A DNA stretch of 64,000 nucleotides, from assembly GCF_009914755.1 (NCBI RefSeq), contig NC_060931.1, one strand, 5' to 3'. The notes beneath the pieces are model-generated. The model was given only the letters and a program-made list of their open reading frames with translations. It was not told the DNA's origin and did no database searches. This DNA is from the human T2T-CHM13v2.0 reference genome, Homo sapiens. Of the stretch, positions 45,701 to 58,610 are shown one piece after another. The position numbers were made by a program, and so were the translations under genes. Each line of letters starts with the position of its first letter. Position 1 is the first letter of the stretch.

Positions 45701-47738
45701 CTAGTGGAAAAAAATGTAAGTCCCTTGGAAAGAGGTTTTATTGTTCATGCTTCATCTGAAAAACGGAACTCACAAATGCTATTTAAGGCAGTGTCCTCAA
45801 AGCAGAAAACTTAAATTCCTCTCTAATGCTTAGAACATGCTGTTTGTCCAAGCAAATAACGCTTTTCAGAGTGGAGCCAACAAAGTGCTTGAGAGAGATG
45901 TAACTCCTTAGATATCAGATTTTGAAAAACAAGTTACAGATATTTAAGAAGAAAGACAAGGTTTGTAAAGGGGGCAGCCAGAATTTGGAGACACTGCATT
46001 TTCTAGGCACTTGAGCCCTTTATTTGTTTATGGAAGCATTACTTAAATTGTAAGTAACTTTTTATGTATAAAATTCTCAAAGCACTTTTCTGTGGAGGGG
46101 GTTGTGAGGCCAGGAATAAAAGGACTTTCCACTTTCCCACCAATCATAAATTTAATAATAAAACACATTAATATTAATTCAGAATTATTTATAAGGAAAA
46201 CAGCAAAAAAGTCCATGATACGCAGAATAGAGAGGCACCCACGTACAGGTTATTTCAAGAAAACCGTTGCTTCTGGATTATGGAGTATTTCATTTGCCTA
46301 ACACTCCTTAGAAGATTAGTCCTCTCTTGTTCTCCATACAATTGCATTTAATTCATCTTCTGATGTATAATCTAATGTTAATTGCTTATTAAAAATTTTC
46401 TGCCTTAAACAACGTTAATGGTAAATAAGAAAATTAAAAAATGTTTTCTGACTAAAGATCTAGCGCTAAATACCAGAGAAATCTGAGTCTACTCATTGTG
46501 TTTTTAGAATAGGTAGTAATATAACTTCTAATTCAAACGACTGTAGTTCAGAGAGACACTGTGACCCAGAGCCACGTGACTTATAAAAGTGCTCCAGGCA
46601 TAAGGAAGAAAGTGAAAGAAGTTAGTAAGCCAAGCATACAGGGTTAACTCAGCACTGAAATATGGTCACAACTGTTAAGAAATACAGCTTTGGGAACCAG
46701 TTACAATAACAATTTCTGAAATTCTATTCTATAATAATGACAAATGTTGCATATACTTCTTTAAAAATTAACCACAATAGAGCTTTAGTGTTTATTATTG
46801 TTCAGCTGTATCATCCAAATTTAGGAAAAGAGTATTTTGTAAGGCTGTTTTTATTTTCAGTTTCAGTCCCTAGTTTTCTTATCCATTTTTAATTCTGCCT
46901 ATTGTATTTGATAACGCTTTCTTCAATTTCTCCTCAGGATTATGAAATGTTGGAGCCTATTTGCAGGGCAGGTTATTCACAGACCTTATATTCCTAATAC
47001 TAATATATCTCAGTTAATGCTGAAGAGGTTCCATCTTTTCACTCTTCCCAAAGTCTGAGCATCCTATAAAATAGGACATCATTATTCTGAAAAAGTGTAG
47101 TTCATGAATCTCTTCAAATTTGGGCCTGTGGCTGGCAGCCACTTAAATAAGAATTGGTAATAGGGTGGTGGGAAGGTGGAGAAAGGAGTTAGAGGGTGTC
47201 ACACAAACTTTGTTTCCCATTTAGAATGGAGCTTTATTCAGAAAAAGTAAAACAGCTTTAAATTTTGGAGGCTTTGGAAAAGATTATTTTGTTTATATTT
47301 AAAAATAAATAAAATGGCTAAAAGAATTTTTCCCATGAAAGCAAAGCATAAGGAAACATATTTATCCACCCTCCTTTCTGATTATTTCTTCTTTAAAAGA
47401 AATTGAGTCACATTCCTAGGTCTCTATGTGTTCTTTAAGTGAAACTGCACATTTCCGTTTATAACTATCTCCCCTAACCCCGTAGAACACTGACTCTGTC
47501 AGCATATGCCCCGCCTGAATGGTTTCCTTGCACTCTTTCCCATCCTCACCCTTCTTGCTCCACAAAAAGTTAATTTTCATAAACACCTAGGGATGTGAGA
47601 TTAAAGGTAAAAACAAAGTCTTCAGAGTTTTCCAGAATTCTCAGTGGGGGAAGAAAAGTCACAGTTTGGTTTGGCCAAGGGACTGAAATGCAAATGGCTC
47701 CCCACTCTCCACATTGTGCCATATTTGAGGGCTTCATT

Positions 47739-47772
47739 CACACACACACACAGACACACACACATGTGTGTG
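47739..47772. repeat. (CA)n then (TG)4 microsatellite
   Basis: Directly visible. Confidence 0.9.
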
Positions 47773-48149
47773 AAAGAAAAGAACTCTGCAAGTAGAATTT
47801 CATTCTTATTTTAGGTGAGTTGCAGACATCTGTCTTAATTATTAATATTTATATGCTTACTGTTGACTTTCATGTTTCTCTTTTGAGAGCAAATCACTGG
47901 GGAAGAAAGAAAGTTAGAAGAAAGAGAATCAGAATTCTGCAAAAAATATGTGAATTATTTTTACTTTTGTTTTCCACTTTGGAGCTACTGTTTTTGCACA
48001 TCCTCTTATGGTTTGCAACACATTAGTTCAAAATTTATAATCCCCCTATCCTTCAATGCCATCCTCACCCTTATTCCCATTCCGACAGCAATGAACCACC
48101 AAGTGCTAGCACAAAGAAGCATTCCAATGAAAAACAAACATAAACCATT

Positions 48150-48330
48150 GAAGTGGCACTCAAATGACCTGAGTTCTCATCTCTGCAATGCTGGATAGTT
48201 GGCTCTGATCTGCCAGTAAATAGGTCATCTTAGTAGGTCCCCAGCTTTTCTGTGCTTTAGTTTCTCTGTCTGTAACATGAAGACACCAATATTTCCCCTA
48301 TCCAAATTTTGATGTCAAGATAAAATACTT
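48150..48330 (+). mobile_element. Degenerate MIR
   Basis: gacctgagttct...ctgtgctttagtttctctgtctgtaacatgaagac. Confidence 0.5.
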
Positions 48331-48575
48331 TGAAGAAAATACAAATACAAAGTAACATCATGCATCTGAAAATGAAGACAGCAGCTGTGGGATACTGTTT
48401 TAAAAATTCCTCTGCCTAATAGATTTGATAGTTATACTTGAAATTCCTCTACCTTAGATTCTGTGTCTGTTGCTTTGGGATCCTTCTGTAGTCACACAAA
48501 TGACTAACACTGAATTGTGAGTTAGACTAAGCAGAACTTTCAACTGACCTATTTGTGTTTTTTTCCCTTCAACAG

Positions 48576-48612
48576 TAATGTATCTGTGGCCAATGTTCAT
48601 AACTTCCTGCAG
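48576..48612 (+). other. Candidate 37-nt spliced exon of an unidentified transcript
   Basis: Branch-like CTGAC (48544-48548), pyrimidine tract, acceptor aacAG (48574-48575), donor CAG|GTAAGT (48613). Confidence 0.3.
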
Positions 48613-49309
48613 GTAAGTGATTTTGTGTTCCAGATGCAATTACACCAAGAGGGGCTCAGATTTCTAACTCCCGACTGTTCTAGGCTTTTTATCCTCAAAG
48701 AATTTCAGAGTGAAGAAGGTCCTATGAGGTCATCTGGTCCATTCATACAACAGTAATTATTTAAGCAACTACTAAGTAAGCATAGCTTTCTCTGGTTTTC
48801 ATCAAGAACATTTCTGGGAGGAGAACACTTCCTGAGATGTAAGTTTTTATAACCACATCTTAATCAATTTAAGATTTTTCACAACAGTTAAACATTAGTC
48901 TCACTTTTCTTTTCTCCTGAGAAATCACAAAGATCAGTCGATAAGGGGTTTATGGAAGGTCATTGTTTTGATATCAACTGTATAGAAATAGGAAACTGAG
49001 GTTGTTCACCTATCCTCCCTAAAATAAAATATACATAATATGGACTTACTCTCCTTACTAAGATATGTTATTTAAAAAGCATCTTCTAACTCTAAAAACC
49101 CTCATTTTTTTTCATATGGCAAAATTCACAGCAATTTAACATATATTAGTGTGAGCTTGAATTTGTGTCCGTGTAGTTATGCATATGTTTGCACACAGAA
49201 AAGAAGGAATAGAGAAATTACCAGATAGGTGATTAATATAACACTGCTGAAGTTGTGCAGGTGTAATTTCAAATTGTGTTATAACATATTGCCATATATC
49301 CATCCCCTC

Positions 49310-49730
49310 TCCTAGATTATGAGTCTTCTAAGAGCAAAGGTCATATTCTCTATAGCTCTAGTTTCCTGAATTTATTCATTCACACATTCATTCAGCATTT
49401 ATTGAACATTTGCTTTGTCCCAGATGTAGTGTTAAGTGTAGGAATTTTTGTACAAAAATGTTTACATGATCCTAGACTTAAGAGAGCTCATGGTCTAATG
49501 GAAATAAAATAATATTCTATAATTTTGGCAACTATAGAGCTTGAAAAGCACATTTACTTCCATGATATCCTTTGAACTTTAACAATTGTGTGAGATTGGT
49601 ATAATTATCCCTATTCTTACAAATGACGAAAGTGAGTTTCACAGAGGTTAATTATGTTGCTTCAGGTCACTCAGCTAATCAATGGCAGACCATGGGCTCC
49701 AGCCTTCTTACTCCAAATTCTGTGGGTGCA
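49310..49730. mobile_element. L2 fragments (about 49310-49500) followed by a - strand MIR (about 49530-49730)
   Basis: ctagattatgagtcttctaagagcaaagg; ttcattcagcatttattgaac; cttacaaatgacgaaagtgag...aggtcactcagctaa. Confidence 0.7.
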
Positions 49731-49747
49731 TAATCAACACTACTATG

Positions 49748-49809
49748 AATCCAACAATACAATGTAAGATCTCTTTTAGTAAAAGCATCTTACATTGTAT
49801 TGTTGGATT
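49748..49809. repeat. Inverted repeat with perfect 23-bp arms and a 16-nt, itself partly palindromic, spacer
   Basis: aatccaacaatacaatgtaagat (49748-49770) / atcttacattgtattgttggatt (49787-49809). Confidence 0.97.
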
Positions 49810-50839
49810 ATTAGTTGCCTTACTGCTTTTTCTTCTGATCAAATGAAAATATTTATAAGACATCTCCCTAAACATCTGTGTTAAATCAATTCCATCAGTA
49901 AATTACAGGGAATCAAAAGTGAAACTCCTGATCTAACCAGATGAATTGTGAACATAGAGTCTTTCAAAATAAATCAAAATATTCACATACCCTCAAAAAT
50001 TTAGCACCACAAATCTGATTCAGTCCATTTCAACAGCCAGAGAAACTGCTTTTGTGAATACAGCATTGCATGCAATAGAAGGATACATTAGTACTTGCCC
50101 TCATGGTTCCAGTTCAAAGAATTACTGTGCCAGAAGTTGTTTCCTCTGTTAAGGGTCCAAGAAAATCTGATTCTTGTTAGTATCACTTCCTATACACAGA
50201 GAAGGTTGGAGAATGCTGCTTTGATTCAATCCAGTCTACACATCGCACTGTGCCTGCCAGGCTGAGTTTGTATTACAAAGAGGAAAAAAGAATAACATAT
50301 TACTCAAAAAGCTTTTGTGTTGCTATCAGAGGTGGGGTGGTGTTGGGGGTAGGGTGACGATGGGATCCTGTGTGTACTGAAGAAATATTATAAAGAATTA
50401 TTTAAGACAATCAGACTACCTGATATGCATGTTAATTAGAGAAAACAATAGGTCGAACCAGGCAAAAATTGTCTGAGGAATTATCAATTAAGGAATCATT
50501 TAAACAAAGTGTTAAATTTTAAAAAGTCAACCTGACTGATCTTGTTTGGTAGCACATGTAGAAAGTTCTGTGAATCTCATCTTGACTTTGGGTCTATTTT
50601 ATTCTCAGGCATAGCTACACTATAAGCAAGGGCATCTGTGACCCATATTTGAATCATAAGCTTCCCCTTCTGCCTATTTCTTTTACATTTTCCCCAAGAA
50701 AGGTTTAGGATAAAACCATGTTTAAGTTGATTGAAAATAATGTGACATGGGGATGTTTTAGTATCTCAAGTTGAAGACCAGCAAGCTGGAGATCACAGAT
50801 CAAGCATAATTCTGCTGCTATGAATGGTGTTTATTAGTG

Positions 50840-51210
50840 TACTCATTCATTAATTTATTTATCCATTCTAAAAATTTTTATACAACATTTTTCCTGGGGT
50901 TATAACAAAGATGAAGCATAGTTTTTTTTTCCTGCAGAAATCCACAGCTTAGTGAGGTAAGAAAGACAAATGAAATTATCTCTTTTAGTAAAAGCATATC
51001 AGCTCATATTAAAGATGAGAGTCAAAATGAAGATAACAGAGGTCAAGTATCTGATGAGGGTATAATGGAGAGAAGATTATCATGTCCTAAAAGGGAGAAG
51101 CAATACATGGCTCATCTTTATTATGTACAGTGCCTAGAAGAGTTTCTGGTACATGGAAGACAATGAGTGCTGAGTGAATGAATGAATGAGTGAATCAATC
51201 AATCAAACAT
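50840..51210. mobile_element. L2 remnants with a (GAAT)n/(CAAT)n tail
   Basis: actcattcattaatttatt...; cagtgcctagaagagtttctggtacatggaag...tgaatgaatgaatga. Confidence 0.55.
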
Positions 51211-53824
51211 TGTAGGTGAAATTCTCAAAGAATTTAGAAAAGGTCAATTTTCCTGGCTCCTGTGAACAAACAATTGTTAAGCTAATGATGAATGAATAAA
51301 ATAAACACTACAGGCCTGATGTTCAAAATGTCTAGAAAAGGCCAGTAGCTTGCACATTGCAATCCTACACTGCATTGCTTTTCTTACCCAACCACCTACT
51401 CATTTCATAAGATGAACTGAGTGAGAGAAAAGAATAAGTCGACCATGTGACAGGGAAGATATGCCTTGGCTTTCACAGGGGCTTAGTCTGTCCAGTACAA
51501 TCCACCTAGTCTCAATATAATATTTTGGTTTTATAGGGCTCCTAGTGAGCGCTGAGGTTTTTTACCCACATACTGAAAACATCATCTGTTTTAGTGTTCT
51601 GCATGTGACATCACTCTGACATACTGTAAACATGATAGTGCATTTTATGGCAGTGGAAAAATAAGCAAGAATAGGAAATATCTTTCCTCCATGCGTTAGT
51701 CAAATATATTTTATGGTTACCTAAACTTAGCAGACATGCGGTTTTCAGAGATGTGTATAAAGGAACTTTCTACTTTGAATAAATTTGTTCTGACGAATAT
51801 AACTATTCACAGAAAACCTTAGACATTCCTTGAAAATGTATTGTTTCCTGTTTCAAAGATGTATTATATACTTTACCAAAAAAGTCTTTATTATAATTTT
51901 AGTTCTAGGCACTAATATTGATACGCTTATGTCTCACTTTCAATTTCTCAGAATGCAAATAAAGTACTTCTATCTGAATGTTTCTATTGATTTTAAGGGT
52001 TCTTTCCACCCAAATCTAGCAGTTACAGCCATGAGCACAGTCTCATTTTTATTGACCAACCATCAGGAAGAGAAGAAATGAAAATAAGATGAAAGGAATT
52101 AAACTCAAGTAGAAGATACATAAGAAAAAGAGGGAAAGGTAGTAAACAGAACTAAAATATGGAAATTGGATCAGTTTTAAGCTTCCTCTTTAGCATAATG
52201 GGTCTCGAAGCTCTTAGCACGATCCTGTTGGTTTCAGAGGCAGGCCAGATACCTGAGGCTTGAAGTGCCACAGGGCAGGTAGGTTACCATGTAGGTTATT
52301 CAAAATTAGATTTAAAAAGTAGTATTTAATAATTTCTTATGTATTACTCAATAGCTCAAGCTGCAGCATTCTAGTTTTGCTTCAAATTATTTCCTGACTT
52401 CTAATTTTCCTGAAAATATCCTTTTTATATGTACTTCTTAAACACATAGCCCCAACTTATCCTGTGAATGTAAGTCATCTCTGCAATAAAGATTAAGTAG
52501 AAAAATTGTTTTTCATTAGGTTTTAATTTGTGATTCACCTTAGATATGTTAACAGAAGAAAATATTTGATTGATTTCTTTTTAAAAGATAAGAAAAAAGC
52601 ATGTATAAGTTCAATTAGTTTAGTAATCCTTAAGATTCAAAAAATGAGGTTCACATGTTTACGTTTTGTAAAAATACCATGAGAGAAAAAAGTATCCTAT
52701 TGCCTGCAGGGCGGAGGGGTGGGGAAAGCATAACTGGTTTGCTATCTTTCATCTACCTGACCCAAACAGAGAAATTATGTTCCATGATCTTCATAAAGTA
52801 AATTGCTACTTGTAATATTATAAGCATAAGTTTTCCTTTTTTCATTCTATCATTTACTAAGGATGTTTAAAATAATCTTGAGTTACTTTGGCAGCTATTT
52901 ATCAATGCATTTTATGCCTTTTGTTAGCTATAATCTTAGTCATTTTAGTACATGGAGCCCTAATCTTCAAGTCTGTCAGTCCCATTTTGCATTACAAATC
53001 ATTTGTAGTTTTATAACTGTCATTTCCAAGGACATCTGGAAAAGATGGATTTATGAAAGGTTACCATGCATTCTAAGAAGGCCAAGAATTAGCATGACTT
53101 TGTAAAGGTTCTTATAAATTGAGCAGCAGCCATCACTGGCAATAAGGTGTTTTCTGCTCTTGTCAAGTATCTTTATTTAAATATTAAGGGAGAGATATGA
53201 CCTTTGGCCTTGGAGATCACTGTGACATGGCAATGGTTCAATCTATTAGCTGTCAATGGAGTGCTATGGTCTGACTCTCTCAAGGCTCCTATTTGTGGAC
53301 AGTGTTATAATAACCCTTCCATTAGGCATCCCCAAGGCAAATAACCTCAGCTTTAGCAGAGTCAGTTTAAAACTCCTTAGAGTAACATTTAGAGACTATC
53401 TGGTTTGTGTCAGTTTAAGATCAACTGCTCTCTGCACAGGTTCAATTCTGTAAATTTTAAGTAGCCATAGTTATTTAAGAATTATTTCCTATATGCCTGC
53501 AGGTAAATATTAGACACATAGAATGTAGAAATAACCCTATCTACTTCTTTGACTTTTTTTAACAGCCTTTTTAGGGATTAATTCAATCCAAATGGGCTTG
53601 AGATTCTATTTTTTAACATGACTTTTTCTAATCTATGTACATAGCTTTTGTTGATAGAAATTGTGCACGGTTGCTGCAGTGATGTGGTATGAACAGGAGT
53701 TAGAGATATCAAATCCCCTCACAGTACACATAAATTATCATAAATGGAATAGACAAGGTAATATTCATTGGAGGAAGCAGGCACACCTCTCTATGTATAT
53801 ACTGAAGTAAGTGATGGTTACAAG

Positions 53825-53899
53825 ACCAAAATTTTTGGTTTTCTCTGTCTCTTCCCCCTGATTTTGTCTGCCTCCTACACTGTTTTACCCCAGGTAAGT
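53825..53899 (+). other. Strong 3' splice site directly followed by a consensus 5' splice site (recursive-splice-site-like)
   Basis: AG-free pyrimidine-rich run 53825-53891, CTGAT branch-like motif (A 53861), cccCAG|GTAAGT. Confidence 0.35.
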
Positions 53900-54855
53900 C
53901 ATCTGGTTATGCTCAGATGAAATGTTCACATTTGAATCACAAATGATTGCTCTTATCTCTAACTACTTAGGTTTATTATTAGACTCAGACTTTGGGGGGA
54001 AAATCTGAGGTAAAAAGACAGCTTTATGCAGTGAAAAATCAAGGTCAAACTATCCTAAAATGCTTTGAAAAAACCACAATTGTCATTGTAAGTCTAAAAC
54101 ATAACAGTAAAGATGATATTAATACTTTGAATATTTGGTCATGAAATGATTTTACTGTTTCTTCTAAATTCAACTTTTGTGTTTGAATGTCTGACTTTTT
54201 TCTTGTTAAAACATAAAATCCAGACTAAATATGAACAAGTTTATTGGTGACTATAGATAGCTTCTCAAATGCAAGTTTCATTGCTTTACATTCTTCGTTA
54301 AATACCAACAGACAAATTTATTTAATTTGGGAACTTTATTTTTAAAACTAATGGAAAGTCAACAAATATTTGTAGAGTGCTTACAATGTATACATGACAT
54401 TGAATTAAATACAAACATCTATAAATATTCTTTCCATGCATACAGTAAATATCCAACAAATTTTTAAAATTAAAGACTAATTTGTAAGAAAACAAAGTAT
54501 ATGTTTAGTACTTGACTTTACTTATTGATGCCAAGTACATTAAAGTGTAAATAATTATTGATTGTATTTTTTGTCCTGCATCAGGTTAACTGCTATAAGG
54601 GGGAAAAAAGTAAAATGATATCATGTGCTAAAATCCCAGTGCTCATAAACAACACTTAGCCTTTGATTTACAGTGAAATCACAATTCTCCATTTCTCCTT
54701 CCCTCTGTCTCTGACATTGCATGTGAGACTATAGGGCAATACATGCCCTACAACATAATATAGGATGTAATTTAAAGGGTTCTATTGATGCTATAAATCA
54801 CAAGTAGTTCTGCTGAAGCAGTTTATGAATGGCAGTAAAACACTAAGACTGGATT

Positions 54856-56053
54856 ATACCATTAGAATTATGTACCACATGCATGTATTGTTATTTGTAA
54901 TTGGGGATAAAGTATTACAAAATAGATATATGGAAATGTCATTTTTCTTGATATTTACAAGCTTCTTTTACTCTTATGTAAGAAGATGTGTTTTGGGATA
55001 AAATAAGAAATCCAGGGTTGTAGAATATCTGTCATTCTGGAAAAAGGATTTATGTTCTCTGAGAGTAAACTATAATAGTTAGAGCATATTCTGGCAGTTC
55101 ATACATTACCCAATCGTTAGAACCACAAAATACTATCTGCATATGGCTACTAGCATATGGGTTATTAATAAAGCTTATTAGTACAAAATTAAAGAGAAAT
55201 AACACCACAATTACTATGTAGCATGATGCTCTAAAAATAAACTGAAGAGTGTAAAAGGTCAACCAACCTGTTAATGCTCTCTAAAAATATAATAAAAATG
55301 AAGTTATTTTTCCATTGAACTGACTGGTTTTTGTAGATACATAGCCATTCTGAAGCTCTGAAATAATATGGACTTAAATATTTCTTTTCTGGTGGGATAA
55401 AATGATAATGGTAATTCTTCAACTATTCTGGGCACATATTTGATGATGGAGAGGAATTCCAGTCTTCTGTCTTTTTTAGCTGCATCCTTCTGTTATTATG
55501 AGTAAATTGTCTTAGTGGATGTATCTATGTAACCAAACCAGATGGCCCGATTTGATGCCAACACAGTTCTTTCATCTATTATTTTAAATGTTATTTTTTC
55601 TCAAAGAAACTAAAATAAAATAACATATAGTGGGATAACACAAGTAATTTCAGAATATTCTAAGTGGGCCTTTGGATTCTTCAGATTAATTTCCCTAAAT
55701 GAGGTCAATCCTCATCAAATTCTAAAATAGGTTAAGACTTGAGCACCTCCTACCTTTCTGTCTCAGGCAATAACCAGCAATAGCTGTAAACATCCAAGCT
55801 TACCCCTAGTTTCCCATGAATAAAATAAGGCATTCCAGAATTATTTATCTGGATTATCACCTGTCAGAGTCGTGTCCTTTCATTTTAGGCTTGTTGCTAT
55901 TATATTTCCCTTTCCACAGAAACAAATTCATTCTAATCTCATACTTTCAAAAGAAAATAGAATAATTGACTAATAAGCTATCTGCATTTATTTACAAAGG
56001 TAGTGATTACATTTGAAATACCATTAGAATTATGTACCACATGCGGGTATTGT
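54856..56053. repeat. Dispersed direct repeat, 27 bp exact (36 bp with 2 mismatches)
   Basis: ataccattagaattatgtaccacatgc at 54856-54882 and 56018-56044. Confidence 0.95.
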
Positions 56054-57239
56054 GGTATAAAATAATAAATGTAGATATAAAATAATATACAGATTATTTT
56101 TAAAGTCCTTTTTCTGGGAATAACTCTAGAATTGATTTATTTAAATATTAAAATGGGTAGAAATAATGTGCTATAACAGTTTAGACATGAGAAAGATGAC
56201 TTCCAGCTAGAGGTTCTCTAGAAAGCTTCTAAGATGAGGTAAAATTAGCATGCAGAGATACAAAGGATGGCCATCCTGGAGGAGCTTAGTCAAGGCACAA
56301 GAGCAGCAAAGTGAGAAATTCTGGGTACGTAAAAGGGAGGAGTATGAGACGTCCATCACTGCAGAAATGTTGGGAAATGCAGTAGCATGTATAGAAGAAA
56401 ATAATTTTGTATTACAGTCTTGCAGCCAAAAGTAATCAATATTAACATTATTATATCATTCAGTTACAATTTTAAAATAAATAATATTCTGCACTTATGA
56501 TTATATGTACATATATGTTATATACATATATGTATATGTGAATATATGTATTTACACTACACATTTATAATATAATACACATAGTTGTAAATATATAATA
56601 CACTTAGTTTTAAAATAATTAATGTTTTTTAAACTATACTTTTTCAAAATAAGAATGATTAATCATTCAAATCTATAAGAAATTTATGTTGTTTCTCATA
56701 TTTTGCTGCTGTTGGTATAAAGGTTAGAATAATCATACTTTCAAATCCTTGTACCTGGAACTGTTTCCTTAAGAAATATTAAGAGAAATAAAATTAGAGT
56801 TAAATGTATTAAGTATTCAAAGTTTTCTGATATATAATGCCATGTAGTTTGAGTATATACAATTTACACTTCCTAAGTAGTGATAAAAGTGCCATCTTAA
56901 TACCTATTTTCATCCTTCATATATCTTTAAATTTGAGATTTCAACAAGGATAATACATTGTTTAACCTTAATAATGATGTTTTTCCTTTGTATTTCCTTA
57001 GGCTCTTCTCTTTCTGCTCTTAGAAGGGCATTCATTTTGCTTATGAGAATGTTAGAATTGCTATCCCAGAAATAGAAAGAGAAAGAAAAGTTTTTATTTA
57101 GTTTTCAAATCCAAAATAGTATTTTTTGCAGAAGTAAAAATATTTGGAAAGTTAAGCTTTGTTGAGAGAGAAAGGATCTTTTTCAAAACACTTAAAATAT
57201 GAAGGGTCAAGTCTAAAGATCAAAGACCATAGTGCAGAG

Positions 57240-58610
57240 AGAAAGCTTTTCTTTGTATTCATGGGGTTCACTGTGGTTCTGTGAGTTGATATCTTTCATA
57301 CAATTTAGAAAAATCTTGGCCTTTATTTCTTCACATATTATCTTCCATCAGATTTTGAAAAAACTTGGCCTTCATTTTTTTCAAATATTGTTTTGGTTTC
57401 ATGATCTTTTCCTCTCCATCTGTGATTTCAATTACAAATATATTAGGCCTTTTTAGAGTGTCACATGTATCTCAAGCATTTTTTCCCTAGGTGTTTTCAA
57501 CTATTTTTTCCCTATGACTTCAGTTTTAATATTGTCCTACTGGCATGTTCTTAGGCTTGCTAATCCTATATTCTGCTACATAGAGTAAGCCATTTGACCC
57601 ATTCAACATGTTTTTAAAGTTAGATGTTGCATTTTGCAGTTCTATAAAACTCATTTAATCCTTATTTACAAGCTCTCATTCTTCACTGAAGTTTTCTTAT
57701 GCATTTTGTTTTTATTTTTCTCTATTTTCTTTAAAATAGGAATCTCAGTTACTCGGAAGCCTTTTTCCACTAAATCTAACGTTAGGGTTATCCCTGAGTT
57801 TGCTTTTATTGACTTTATAAAGAATTTCTTGATTGCCAGTAACATTGTTTTTTGCCCCTTTACATATTTGGTGATATGGGAATATATTTCAAATTTATGA
57901 AAAATATATTAGAAAAAATCTGGATTCTATTATTTTCCTCTGAAGAGTATGAAATTTTCTTTTGCAAAATGTTAAATTTTTGGAGGGGAACTTGCAGCTG
58001 TCAAACATTGCTTTTAGGATTTCTAAAAGTGAATATGATTCAGCTTTACCATTACTCCTACGACAGAACCATCATAACTCTTAGGGCATACTTCTTACTC
58101 CTAGGGCTTAGACTTTCTCAACTACAATCCTAAGATATTTACTAAGAACTCTCCACTTTATCTGGACTTGCACTTTAATTTATTTATAATACTCTCTGCT
58201 TCTGAAATTTATGCTCAGTTCTCTGGCCTCCTAGCAAATGTGTTATGCTATGCTTCCCAGAGACTTGCTCTGTGCATGTACAGCTTAGGCATCAGCTAAG
58301 GGCCCTGAGAGGGATTTTATGCAGATTTTGTAAGTATCTTTATCTGCAGTGTTCTATTCTCTAGTACTATGCTCTCCAAATCCTGGTTGTCAGTCAGCTC
58401 CAAATCCCAATCAATGTTTCCGCTTGGCCTCTATTTCCCTAATTTCTTAACGAAGGACTCATCTTTTGGATTTTCTTCTCAAAAATTGTAACCCTATCTT
58501 GGAAGCTTATCAATGCTCCAAACCATTGTTTCATTTAATTAATTATTTTTTTTTATTTACAGTGGGAAGCCAAGTCTAATCTCAGCTGCCGTATCATGTC
58601 CAGGACCAGG
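57240..58610 (-). mobile_element. Old L1M 5'/ORF1-region remnant
   Basis: ttgatatctttcatacaatttagaaaaatcttggcctttatttcttca...ttacaaatatattaggcctttt, typical of antisense L1M ORF1. Confidence 0.6.

Noticed and set aside
52709-52724. GC box GGGCGG with adjacent G-runs as a promoter
   Set aside because: A single isolated motif with no CpG island, and only three G3+ runs.
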